A stretch of DNA of 64,000 bases from a bacterium (GTDB lineage Bacteria; UBA8248): the NCBI GenBank assembly GCA_965207065.1, contig OZ242260.1:576001-640000 (forward strand). The letters run 5' to 3'. Below, one piece after another: positions 45,847 to 55,201 of the stretch; the first letter of the stretch is position 1; every line of letters begins with the position of its first letter. A model generated the notes under the pieces. It made no database searches. It saw nothing but the letters and a program-made list of their open reading frames with translations, and was not told the origin of the DNA. Position numbers and translations under genes: made by a program.

Positions 45847-47016
45847 ATGCGTTACGTGTACATGATCGGCTGTCTCGCGGGTCTTCTGTTGATCTGCGCG
45901 TGGGCCGGCCCTGCCGCCGCCGACGGCAACTTCTCGCAGCGCCCCGGGTTCGCCGCGTATTTCGCAGCCAACCCTCCGGCCGGCGCCGCCAGTCCGGCCG
46001 ATCAGGCCCTGGCCCGCCGCCACGCGCCGCGCTTCCACCTGCCCGCCGGCCACGAAGGTCCCATCGACTTCTACCGCGACTATATCGCCCACGGTTACCT
46101 GATAACTGGCGACGGCGTTCGCATCGACGGCCCCACCGCCGGTGACCTGAACCGCTACCGCGAGGACGTCCGCGCCGAGTTCACGCACGCGCCGGGCGGG
46201 GTCGAGCCCCGGCCCCTCGTCTACGGCGCGGTGGAGCGCACAGGTCTGTGGGCGCCGGAGGATGCGGACCGGCCGGCCGGGGAATTCACCGTCCTCACCT
46301 ACCACCTGGTGTTCCGGGTGAGCGGCCTGCCGGCGGGGTTGTCCCCGGTCGCGGCCATCCCGCTCCGGCTGGTGGCGGACCTCGACGACTGGCACCAGCT
46401 CGACCACTACACAGCCGCGTTCGTGGTCCTGGCCGCGGATGGGCGTCCCGTCGCCCTGACCCTGCAGCAGCACAACTACCTGCGCACCTACCTGGTCGGC
46501 GAGTCTGTGGCGCTCGGGCCCGGCGGACGCTTCGACATCGACGTGGCCATCCGCTCGAACGAGCTTTACCCCCACGCTCCGGGACGGACGGTGCGCCAGG
46601 CGGTGCGGTTTCTGGACCATGACGCCAGGGCCTTCATGATGGGTTTCGGCAAGCGCCCGATGATGTCGGCGGACGACATCACCGACCCGCACCGCATCGT
46701 CGACTACGAGCTCGCCTTCCTCCCCGGCTCCGACGCCTTCTACTCGTTCCACGGCTTCCTCGGCGAGCGCCGCGGGTTGCCCGGCCGCGACGGCCCGCCC
46801 GGGGCCCGCTACAACACCCTGCCCGAGCTCAAGCCCCTGCCCGCGCAGGTCTTGGGCGGTTACTGGCGCGAGGGGAACGAGGGCGACTGGGCGCGGTACC
46901 GGAACAGCCGGGAGAACGGCTTCGGCCCGGCCGGTTTCGCGCGAGCGCAGGCGGCGGTGTTCCATCGCAACCTCGGCTGCCTGCGCCGGGAGCGCAAAGG
47001 CTGCGCGTTGGAATAG
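45847..47016 (+). CDS. Secreted hypothetical protein
   Basis: Signal peptide (AAA|D), strong GC3 bias, DWHQLDHY and QQHNY motifs; family not recognised. Confidence 0.8.
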   Translation: MRYVYMIGCLAGLLLICAWAGPAAADGNFSQRPGFAAYFAANPPAGAASPADQALARRHAPRFHLPAGHEGPIDFYRDYIAHGYLITGDGVRIDGPTAGDLNRYREDVRAEFTHAPGGVEPRPLVYGAVERTGLWAPEDADRPAGEFTVLTYHLVFRVSGLPAGLSPVAAIPLRLVADLDDWHQLDHYTAAFVVLAADGRPVALTLQQHNYLRTYLVGESVALGPGGRFDIDVAIRSNELYPHAPGRTVRQAVRFLDHDARAFMMGFGKRPMMSADDITDPHRIVDYELAFLPGSDAFYSFHGFLGERRGLPGRDGPPGARYNTLPELKPLPAQVLGGYWREGNEGDWARYRNSRENGFGPAGFARAQAAVFHRNLGCLRRERKGCALE

Positions 47017-47176
47017 CGGTTGAGCGACTGTTCCCCGACCCCTTCCTGGCCTGTTTCGCCGTCCCCATCACCCAGGTCAGGGTGGTGCCCGGCTGGTCGC
47101 CCAAGGCGGTGACCAGGTGGCCGGCGGCGGCGGGGTCGCGATTGAACTTATCGAAGATGATGGGCCGCACGGTCCG

Positions 47177-47326
47177 GATACAGGCGGCGGACTCGCGCGC
47201 CGAATCGCGCGCGAGATGGGCGTAGCGCGCGGTGGTCTCGATCCGGGCGTGGCCCAGGAGTTTCCCTATCATGGAAAGCCCCTCGCCGAGCGCCAGGGCG
47301 CGCGAGGCGAACGAATGCCTGAGGTC
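47177..47326 (-). pseudogene. Tyrosine integrase C-terminal remnant
   Basis: DLRHSFASRAL...IGKLLGHARIETTARYAHL (box II with catalytic Tyr); no N-terminal part. Confidence 0.85.
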
Positions 47327-47642
47327 CGTGAATTCAGACGTCATGAAGCCCCGCACCCCTCCCTCATGGCCCGTCCCGGCCTCCTCGCGGCCAATGACAA
47401 TGGCTGCGGGGAAACAAAAAAAGCAAATCGAGATAAAAAAGAGCACAAACTGCGTGGAAAATCAGGTGACCCCCTGAAAAACATTTGCAATCTCTATCAT
47501 CTCGACTCACATTTACTTTGTCCGCCCAAGCTGCTTTCGGTGCGGTGGCAAAGGCGCGAAGGATGTCTCAGTAGCGGCCGCTTCGGGTTCAGCAAGACTC
47601 CCAGCCGCCGTTACGCCCGGAACTGAAGGAAGAAGTTGAAAA

Positions 47643-48047
47643 ATGATGAGATCACGGACGCGACCCGTCATCATCGATCAGGCGGATTTGCCCTGGGAAG
47701 GGTGGGAGGATGCCGATGTCGCCGCACGCAGCGCCATCCGCTGGAAACTCCTGGCCGCGGGTGAACGCACGGAGAGCGCCGGGCTCGTCATCGGCATCGC
47801 GGAGGTCCCGCCGGGCGAGCGGCTCTTGCTGCATCACCATGGGCCGGAAGAGACCTATTACATCGTGCAGGGGCGCGGGCGCATGGAAATCGAAGACCGT
47901 GCGGCCGACATCGGGCCCGGATTCGCCGCCTATATTCCGCCCAATGCCAGGCACACGTTGCGCTGTACCGGCACAGAACCTCTCATCCTGGTGTTCTCCT
48001 TTGCGCGAGACCGCTTCGACCAGGTCGACTACCACTTCGACGAATAG
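47643..48047 (+). CDS. Cupin, DddK/DddW-like DMSP lyase candidate
   Basis: IRWKLL, GIAEVPPG, HHHGPEETYY, YIPPNARH, FARDRFDQVDY. Confidence 0.75.
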   Translation: MMRSRTRPVIIDQADLPWEGWEDADVAARSAIRWKLLAAGERTESAGLVIGIAEVPPGERLLLHHHGPEETYYIVQGRGRMEIEDRAADIGPGFAAYIPPNARHTLRCTGTEPLILVFSFARDRFDQVDYHFDE

Positions 48048-48210
48048 CGCCTCGCCGCCATCGTTCGCCAGGCCTGCGATGACGGGAAATGCGCGCCAAT
48101 ACGGGGAAATTTCGGGAGCGAAATAAGTGCTAATCTCCCGTCGGCGCGCAAATAAACGCCCGCCGCCGGAACCGGATAAAACTTGCAAATATCTGAGAAT
48201 AAAGGAGTTG

Positions 48211-48471
48211 CTAGAGGGAGCGCTCGCGCTTCGCGATGTCGGCCATGACCTTCGAGATGCCGCGCTTGGCGATGATCTTGAGGCCCTTCGCCGAGACGCG
48301 CAGCTTCACCCAGCGCTTCTCCTCGGGGAGATAGAAGCGCTTCACGTGTAAGTTCGCCTCGAAGCGCCGCCTCGTCTTCTTGTGCGAATGCGAGACGTTG
48401 TTTCCGTAAGCCACGCTTTTTCCGGTAATTACGCAGTGCTTGCGCGCCACGGGCTTCTTGTAGGTCGCCAT
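48211..48471 (-). CDS. rpmB: 50S ribosomal protein L28
   Basis: CVITGK...GNNVSHSHKKTRRRFEANL...VKLRVSAKGLK. Confidence 0.96.
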   Translation of the reverse strand: MATYKKPVARKHCVITGKSVAYGNNVSHSHKKTRRRFEANLHVKRFYLPEEKRWVKLRVSAKGLKIIAKRGISKVMADIAKRERSL

Positions 48472-48621
48472 CTATTTGGTCTCCCGAAACGGCTGGTGGC
48501 TCCGGCAGAATTTGCAGTACTTCCTGAATTCGAGCCGGTCCGGCGTATTCCGCTTGTTCTTGGTGCTGGTGTAGCGCATCTTCTTACATGTCGTGCATTC
48601 GAGTTGAATGTTCTCGCGCAT
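48472..48621 (-). CDS. rpmG: 50S ribosomal protein L33 (Zn-ribbon, C+ type)
   Basis: Manual translation [49 protein letters not shown]; below the ORF-track cutoff. Confidence 0.96.
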   Translation of the reverse strand: MRENIQLECTTCKKMRYTSTKNKRNTPDRLEFRKYCKFCRSHQPFRETK

Positions 48622-48855
48622 CTCGAAACCTCAACAAAAATCAATGTCTTGGGATGCAACTAGGCATCCTCGGTCCACAAAGAAGCGCAACCATAGCCAA
48701 GCCCCGGGAAAAAGGCAAGAGGCGCGCGAGGTATTTTGTTTATCGCTTATGCGCTAGAATCGCGTATTCAACATCATCGAGAAGCGGATGAAGCGCAACT
48801 TGATTCTCAAAACCCGCGCACATCCGAAAATTCAAACGTCGAAGGAGACAGCGCC

Positions 48856-49737
48856 GTGTCGAAAATCGTAGCGTATTTAGGGCTTGGCACCATGGGCGGA
48901 GCCATGGTCAACAATCTTCTCAAGGCAGGTTTCGTCGTTCACGGATACGACCCCGTGCCCGAGGTACGCGCACGGGCGGAGGAGGCGGGAGCGAAAACCT
49001 TCGACTCCCCGGCGGAGGCGGCTTCCGAGGCGGACGTCATCTGCTCATCCGTGCCCGAAACCAAGGACGTTCACGAAACCTATCTGGGCGAAAAAGGCGC
49101 GCTGCTCACCTCCAAAGATGGCGTCGTCTGTTTTGATTTCTCCACCATCGCCCCCGCCGGCAGCCAGGCCATCGCGCAGCAAGCGGCGGGAAAAGGCGCG
49201 ATATTCCTCGATACGCCCGTGAGCGGCAGCGCGCCCAGCGCCATCAGTGCAGAGCTTAACGTGATGGTGGGCGGCGATGAAGCGGCGTTGAACCGACACC
49301 GCGACGTTCTCGAGGCCGTCTCCGAGTCCATCAACTATTTCGGCCCAAACGGCGCGGGCTTGCACATGAAGCTCGTGGCCAATCAAATCGTCTCGGTGTT
49401 TCTCTCCGTGGTGTCCGAGGGACTCACCCTTGGGGAGCGCTCGGGTCTCGACCCCGTCGAGATGATGGATTACCTGAAAAGCGCATCGATCCCGAAAATT
49501 CTAAGCATCAAGGGTCCCGCCCTGGCGAGTAGGGACTACACGCCCGCCTTCAAAATCGACTTGATGCGCAAAGACCTGCGCCTCATCTCCGAGATGGCCG
49601 AGGCCGCGACGACGCCGACGCCGTTCGCAGCACTTGCGAGGCAGGTCTTCATCGCCACGTCGGCCATGGGCTACGGTGAGGTGGACCAAAACGGGGTGCG
49701 AGAGTTTTTCGATAAAACCGCAGGGCTCAGCTCTTGA
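48856..49737 (+). CDS. NAD(P)-dependent beta-hydroxyacid dehydrogenase (HIBADH family)
   Basis: YLGLGTMG, LDTPVSG, KLVANQ, KDLRL; GTG start after AAGGAG. Confidence 0.9.
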   Translation: MSKIVAYLGLGTMGGAMVNNLLKAGFVVHGYDPVPEVRARAEEAGAKTFDSPAEAASEADVICSSVPETKDVHETYLGEKGALLTSKDGVVCFDFSTIAPAGSQAIAQQAAGKGAIFLDTPVSGSAPSAISAELNVMVGGDEAALNRHRDVLEAVSESINYFGPNGAGLHMKLVANQIVSVFLSVVSEGLTLGERSGLDPVEMMDYLKSASIPKILSIKGPALASRDYTPAFKIDLMRKDLRLISEMAEAATTPTPFAALARQVFIATSAMGYGEVDQNGVREFFDKTAGLSS

Positions 49738-49756
49738 GTGGCCGCGCCTGAAAGTC

Positions 49757-50746
49757 TCAAGTCGCCTTCTTGAAAAACCCCTCCACGGGGAGTGGCGCGC
49801 CCACGCCCTGCGCTTTGGCGCGCCGATAGAGTTCCGCGCCCAGGGCCACGTCTTCAATCGCGACCCCCTGGCTCAGAAACAGGTTGATCTCATCATCGGA
49901 CGCGCGGCCGGGCATGGCGCCCGTCGCTACTAACCCGACCTCCGAGACCTGGCCCCACTGGATGACGTTCGCGCGAATGGCGCCGACCAGATCGCCGCTC
50001 TCGAATTCGGCGCCCTCGAGGTTATCCGTCACGATGCGTCCTTTCGCCGCGCGGCGGAAGGTTTCGTCGTCTATCTCGCGGTTCGTGATTCGGTTCGAGC
50101 CCGCCGCGATGACCGTCGTACCCGGCTCCAGATCGTTGCCGTCGAATACCGGTTCGCGCGCCGTGGTGATGGTGCACACGATCTGCGAGCCTTTTACCGC
50201 CTCGCTCGCCGATTCCACCGGAACGAGTTCAGCGTTCACCCTGCCCTGCATCGCGCTGACGAATTTTTCTCTCTTCTCGGGACGGCGGCTGTGCACTTTC
50301 ACAACCTTGAGGTCCCGCGCGCAGCAGAGGGCTTCGAGTTGGGACCTCGCCTGCCACCCCGTGCCGATCAACCCGGCTAACGCCGCGTCTTCTCTCGCCA
50401 TGTATTTCGCAGCCACGCCGCTCGCCGCCCCCGTGCGCATCTGCCCCTGTATGTTGGCCTCCATGAGCGAGAGCATCTCGGATGTGTTCGCATCCCACAG
50501 CAGGAAGATGAAGCGCACGCCGATGCCCGGAAACGTGGTGTAGGCCTTGAGACCCAGATAGCCCTCGTTTTCATCCACCATGCCGCCGAACATGACGTGC
50601 ATCGTGCCCTTGGGCAGAAAAACCCGCCGCCTCGGCTGATTCGGCGCGCGACCCTCTCCCTGGGCCTTGAAGCATTTCTCCACCACGTCCATGACATCGG
50701 ACATGTTCACCAGACTCTTGACGTCGGACTCACTCAAATAAAGCAA
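49757..50746 (-). CDS. Ornithine cyclodeaminase / mu-crystallin family protein
   Basis: MRTGAASGVAAKYMAR, IGTGWQARSQ, REID, GVAIEDVA. Confidence 0.92.
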   Translation of the reverse strand: MLYLSESDVKSLVNMSDVMDVVEKCFKAQGEGRAPNQPRRRVFLPKGTMHVMFGGMVDENEGYLGLKAYTTFPGIGVRFIFLLWDANTSEMLSLMEANIQGQMRTGAASGVAAKYMAREDAALAGLIGTGWQARSQLEALCCARDLKVVKVHSRRPEKREKFVSAMQGRVNAELVPVESASEAVKGSQIVCTITTAREPVFDGNDLEPGTTVIAAGSNRITNREIDDETFRRAAKGRIVTDNLEGAEFESGDLVGAIRANVIQWGQVSEVGLVATGAMPGRASDDEINLFLSQGVAIEDVALGAELYRRAKAQGVGAPLPVEGFFKKAT

Positions 50747-50793
50747 CGATCCTCTCTCCTCTGTGATTCAAGAATTCCAGAAACCAAGACATT

Positions 50794-52035
50794 TCAAGAC
50801 AATGCGACGCTCGAAAAAGTGACCGTTCCGTTCGGGTCCGGCCACTGCGAATAGCGCAGCACTTCTCCCTCGCTGTCTTCCAGAACGCGCAGCATGGTGT
50901 AGATGGGCGCCAGGCCACACACGTTTCTCGCATCCCCATCCTCCGCCACGCTCCAGTAAAACGCCTCCGCATCCCCTCGGCACACTGCATCCAGGGATTT
51001 CCCGTCCGCTTGCGCGAGTTCTTCCAATCGCGCCTCGTCCACGGGCTGTTCATCGCCGAACTGGGGGCCGACGTGGGCGAAATCCACGCTCGCAATGAGA
51101 CATACCTTTCCCCCGTTTTGCCGGTACGCAGCCATCGCCTCTCTCAGCGCGGCGATAAAACCCTCCACTTGCGCATCACCCCCGGGCGATAGCCCCTCCG
51201 CAACGAACCGGTGGAACGAACCCACCAGGATGGGAACGAACCGGACCGGCCGGACGTCCGCAAAGAGATACTGCAGAAAAACCGCCTGAAACTCGATGGA
51301 GTGCTCGCCGCGATGCACGAATTCATCCTGAAAGGAATTCACCTCCAACCGGCCCGAGAGCTCCTCCACGAACCCCGTGTTCGCCTCCAAAACCCCGAAC
51401 GGCGTCTCGAAAGATTTGTCCGTGAGGTTATAGATGTATTTTGTCGGAGTGTGGACCGTACCGAGAACGATGAACAAATCGGCATCGGCTCGTTCTGCGA
51501 TTGATTTATATGCCCATGCAAAGGTGGCGCCGCCGCGATGAAAGTCGATATGAGGCGCGACTACTCCGCGAAGCGGTTTTGATGAAGCCGAGGAATTTTC
51601 CGCAAGACGCCCGGGACCATCCGCATCCGTGAAAAAACCATCGATATGAGAGCGAAGATGCGCCGGGTCCGCATCGTAGCTTTTTCCCGCCAGAAAACTC
51701 GGGCGCACCGGATCATTCAAGTAAGCATCCTTGAGAGATCCGCTCCAAGCGTTGAAATCATCTCCTTCGAGGAAATGGGCCTCTTCGAGCCGGGATATCA
51801 TCGCCCGGTAGTTTTCTTCCGTGACATCCATCCCGTGGCGGGATTTGCATTGCTCCCTGATATCCTCAAACGTGTGGCTCCCGTCGAGCAGGCTCAGCAC
51901 GGGAACCAGCGCCATGGGAACAAAAAGTACCGCCTCGCTGAGTCGAAGCGGATCTCTGAGCATCAACATTCGCTGCCCCTGATGTTCCGCAGGGGTGGCC
52001 TCCACGGGTCTCAGCTTCAATCGTTCCGACGCCAT
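50794..52035 (-). CDS. AmmeMemoRadiSam protein B (Memo family) with N-terminal extension
   Basis: AGKSY, APHIDF, GTVH, EHSIEFQ, SVDFAHVG, NVCGLAP. Confidence 0.9.
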   Translation of the reverse strand: MASERLKLRPVEATPAEHQGQRMLMLRDPLRLSEAVLFVPMALVPVLSLLDGSHTFEDIREQCKSRHGMDVTEENYRAMISRLEEAHFLEGDDFNAWSGSLKDAYLNDPVRPSFLAGKSYDADPAHLRSHIDGFFTDADGPGRLAENSSASSKPLRGVVAPHIDFHRGGATFAWAYKSIAERADADLFIVLGTVHTPTKYIYNLTDKSFETPFGVLEANTGFVEELSGRLEVNSFQDEFVHRGEHSIEFQAVFLQYLFADVRPVRFVPILVGSFHRFVAEGLSPGGDAQVEGFIAALREAMAAYRQNGGKVCLIASVDFAHVGPQFGDEQPVDEARLEELAQADGKSLDAVCRGDAEAFYWSVAEDGDARNVCGLAPIYTMLRVLEDSEGEVLRYSQWPDPNGTVTFSSVALS

Positions 52036-52047
52036 ATCCAAAATTCC

Positions 52048-53256
52048 TTACCCCCTGCCTTGATCGGCATATCTTCCGAAAAACGGAGCGCAGGATATTC
52101 CGATGATCGACACGACCGCCAACGTATATAAACCCGGACCGAACGACCCGGACCAGTCCCTCATCGCGCCAATCGTCCAGGGTCCGACAAAACCGCCCAG
52201 ATACCCCATGCCGATGATCAGACCACCCGCCCGGCCCACCTGGCTTTTCTCCACGTACTGCGCGGGATACGCCAGACAGAACAAGAACCAGCAATTCGTG
52301 GTTAAACCCAAAACGGCGGTCCCCATCGCCGCGACCCAGGCGTTTCCCGCCGGCATCAGTGCGAGCGCCGCAGCCGTGAGCAATCCGCACAAAACCATCA
52401 TGACCCGCTCGCCGCCCAGGGCCAACGCCATCTTGTGCGCGCTCAGGGAAGCAAAAATTCCGAGCAAAGGCAAACTCGATACGATAAGCGCGGCGCTCGC
52501 TTGCGGCCAGCCTTTCGCCATCAAAACCGTGGCCAGCCAACCCAGACTCGTATAAAAAACGATGTTGTTGAAGAACAAAGAGCCGCCAACCCCCCAGACG
52601 GCGAGGAGCCGATACACCACCCCGCTTTGGGCCGAGTCGGATTCGGAACCTAAATCCACCGTGATCGAGGCGGAATTTCTTCGCCAGACGATAAAAGCCA
52701 CGACCAAAACGAGCGCCCAGCCCAGAAAGCCGCCGCGCCAGATGCTCCCGCCCCATGAGGCGGGCAAAACCCCTGCGGCCGGCGCCATAAAGTGCGAGGC
52801 CGCGACGCCCAAACCAGCGCCCGCGATGATGGAAGCCGTATAAACGGCGGAGCCGAACTCGTTGCGCTCGGCGGGCACTATCGTCCCCACCACTTTGGGC
52901 ATGACGGGAAACACCAGCCCTGTGCCCGCGCCCACGAGCGCGATTCCAAAAGCGAGCGACCAGAAATCTCCGCTCGAGAAACGGACGGCTCCTCCCAGCA
53001 AAGTGAGGAAAACGCCGCACAGGACCATCTTCTTCACACCCAGCCGATCGACCAGCCGGCCCCCTGCGATCGCGAAAAACGCTATCAACGGAAACGGGGC
53101 GGACAGTAGAAAACCGCCCGCGCCGTAGGACAGGTTCAAATCATTCCGGATGAAGCCGATGAGTCCGCTCGTCGACACCAACGAGCCGAATACGGCGAAA
53201 ATGATGAAACAGGCGGCCCCCAGTATGGGGCGCCAGTTCGGGTTTTCTCCTGTCAT
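52048..53256 (-). CDS. MFS transporter (CynX-like)
   Basis: About 12 hydrophobic segments, GRLVDRLGVK motif A, GPWTIGAMRDWSGSF. Confidence 0.88.
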   Translation of the reverse strand: MTGENPNWRPILGAACFIIFAVFGSLVSTSGLIGFIRNDLNLSYGAGGFLLSAPFPLIAFFAIAGGRLVDRLGVKKMVLCGVFLTLLGGAVRFSSGDFWSLAFGIALVGAGTGLVFPVMPKVVGTIVPAERNEFGSAVYTASIIAGAGLGVAASHFMAPAAGVLPASWGGSIWRGGFLGWALVLVVAFIVWRRNSASITVDLGSESDSAQSGVVYRLLAVWGVGGSLFFNNIVFYTSLGWLATVLMAKGWPQASAALIVSSLPLLGIFASLSAHKMALALGGERVMMVLCGLLTAAALALMPAGNAWVAAMGTAVLGLTTNCWFLFCLAYPAQYVEKSQVGRAGGLIIGMGYLGGFVGPWTIGAMRDWSGSFGPGLYTLAVVSIIGISCAPFFGRYADQGRG

Positions 53257-54206
53257 TCATCAAGCCCCAGCAAGCGCACCGCGTTACCTCCCAGCCATTT
53301 ATCCATGACGGCCGGCTTCAGGGGAAGGTTCCTCGCTTCTTCGAGAATCTCCTCCAGGGATATCGGCAGAAGCGGCCAGTCGGTTCCAAACAGAATTTTA
53401 TCCTGTATCGTGGAATTGCCGAAATGCAGGAGCATCTCCCAGCCGGAATGAGGGGTCGTGAAATACTTCCACCGATGGCCCGAGGGGTCGATGTAGAGAT
53501 TCGGGTGCCGCCAGGCGGCGGCGACCATCTCCGGCACCCAGGGCCAACCGCCGTGACCGGCGATTACCTTCAAGTCCGGCATCTCGCCGCACAGCCTATC
53601 GAGAGCCAGGGGTCTGCCGAGTTCCATGGGATGAGCAGGCGCCCAGTTGACCGAAGTGTGAACCCATACGGGTACGTCCAACTCGACGCACTTCTGGTAG
53701 ATGGGACGATATTCCGGCGCGTCGGCGGGCAGGCGATGAAGAAAGGGAACGAGAAACGCCCCGTGCAGGCCAAGATCGCGCACGCCATTTTCCAGCGCGA
53801 TTGCCGCATCGTCCTTGTTGGGGTCGACGCCCTGGAAGGCCAGAATCCGCTCCGGGTACGAATCCACCGCACTGGCGAGCACGTTCGGGTCAAGGGGCGA
53901 AACGCCGGTGGTGCTCTCCTGGTCGATGCTGAAAACGACCGCCTTGTCATAGCCGGCCGCATCCAGCAGCGCTATGAACTCTTCCAAGGGCTGTCCGAGC
54001 TTCGCCGATATCTCATCGATAAAACCGTGGATTTCCTCTCGCGTCGTCCCCACCGCCCTGCGGCGAAACTCCACTTCCTCCACGCCGCAAAATGCGCTCA
54101 AGCCCTTCGCGAACATCTTCAGGTAACCGGGAATGGAAGCCCAGCCTAGCAGGCGGGCGCGGTAGGACTCCGCGACGGGCAAGAAGCTGCAAATATCGAC
54201 GATCAA
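53253..54206 (-). CDS. Amidohydrolase_2 family protein
   Basis: PVWVHT, IAGHGGWPW, PNLYID, ILFGTDWP, GGNAVRL. Confidence 0.88.
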   Translation of the reverse strand: MIVDICSFLPVAESYRARLLGWASIPGYLKMFAKGLSAFCGVEEVEFRRRAVGTTREEIHGFIDEISAKLGQPLEEFIALLDAAGYDKAVVFSIDQESTTGVSPLDPNVLASAVDSYPERILAFQGVDPNKDDAAIALENGVRDLGLHGAFLVPFLHRLPADAPEYRPIYQKCVELDVPVWVHTSVNWAPAHPMELGRPLALDRLCGEMPDLKVIAGHGGWPWVPEMVAAAWRHPNLYIDPSGHRWKYFTTPHSGWEMLLHFGNSTIQDKILFGTDWPLLPISLEEILEEARNLPLKPAVMDKWLGGNAVRLLGLDE

Positions 54207-55201
54207 CGCGAGCGGCCCTGGGACCGCTCGAGAGAATCGCTCGGCCCGGAAAGAGAGAAATCATTCTGATTCAAGGTCAATCGCGCCGAATTCACGGACA
54301 CCGCCAGGATGAAAACGAGAAAGATGGCGAAAGAACCGCTCATTCGCACGCTTCCGCCCCGTCTGAGCGCGCCGAGCAGTAACTCGAACAACAATACGAC
54401 GCATACGGCGCCGATGATGAGGAGCGTCACGAAAGGCGAGCCGCCTGACGCCAGCATGCCGTCCAGGAAATCAGAGCCCCGGAAGAAGAGCCAGGCTCCC
54501 GCCAATCCTGCCTGGAGCATCAGAAAACACAAGGAGAACCTGGCGCCGAGGCGAACCCACCGCGCTCCGTTCGACACGGAAACGGAACTCTCCCACCTGA
54601 AAGCCCTGCCCCCCAGAAACATGAGGACGAGGCCGCCGACAGAAAACGCCGAAAGATAGAAATGCGCCACGGGCCACCAAAACGATGATTGCGCCCAATA
54701 GCGCCAACTCCACACTGCTTCGAAATCGCGGAGGGTCCAACCCATATAGGAAAGCGTGAACATCCAAACCACCCCTGTCCCTGCCAGGATCAAAACGCCC
54801 GCCGGAACCATCATCAGGTGCGCGAATGATAATTTCGAACCCCGTCCCGTATGTCTCGAATGGGCGAATACGACAACCACGAAAAGGAACAACAAGAGGA
54901 GCAACGCACCCAGCGGGCGAAACAGCGCGATCACGGAGGTGAAAAAAACGGCCGGCTGCATCGTGGACGCAAGCAAGGAGAGCGCCGCCGCGATGAGAAA
55001 TACGGGAACGAGAGAAGCCAGGCACAGGCCCGAGAGGCGGCGCGCGAATACGACGTCGTCATCGTTGTTCTCCCGCCATCCCCAGAACGCGAGATGCGCG
55101 GAAAACCACGGCAGCGAAACACTCACGCCCGCGCACAGCCACAAGACGGAACCCAGCAGAACAACGAGCCACTCACTCGATTCGGGAGTCAATACGTTCA
55201 T
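54203..55201 (-). CDS. Polytopic membrane protein, partner of the cytochrome c membrane protein
   Basis: About 8 hydrophobic segments, VAHFYLSAFSVGG; overlaps both neighbours. Confidence 0.7.
   Translation of the reverse strand: MNVLTPESSEWLVVLLGSVLWLCAGVSVSLPWFSAHLAFWGWRENNDDDVVFARRLSGLCLASLVPVFLIAAALSLLASTMQPAVFFTSVIALFRPLGALLLLLFLFVVVVFAHSRHTGRGSKLSFAHLMMVPAGVLILAGTGVVWMFTLSYMGWTLRDFEAVWSWRYWAQSSFWWPVAHFYLSAFSVGGLVLMFLGGRAFRWESSVSVSNGARWVRLGARFSLCFLMLQAGLAGAWLFFRGSDFLDGMLASGGSPFVTLLIIGAVCVVLLFELLLGALRRGGSVRMSGSFAIFLVFILAVSVNSARLTLNQNDFSLSGPSDSLERSQGRSR

Noticed and set aside
46829-47446. 205-aa ORF as a functional integrase
   Set aside because: Only ~50 aa match box II; box I and the DNA-binding domains are absent.
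47330-48210. tRNA or tmRNA integration site near the integrase relic
   Set aside because: No cloverleaf or T-loop/CCA pattern was recognised.
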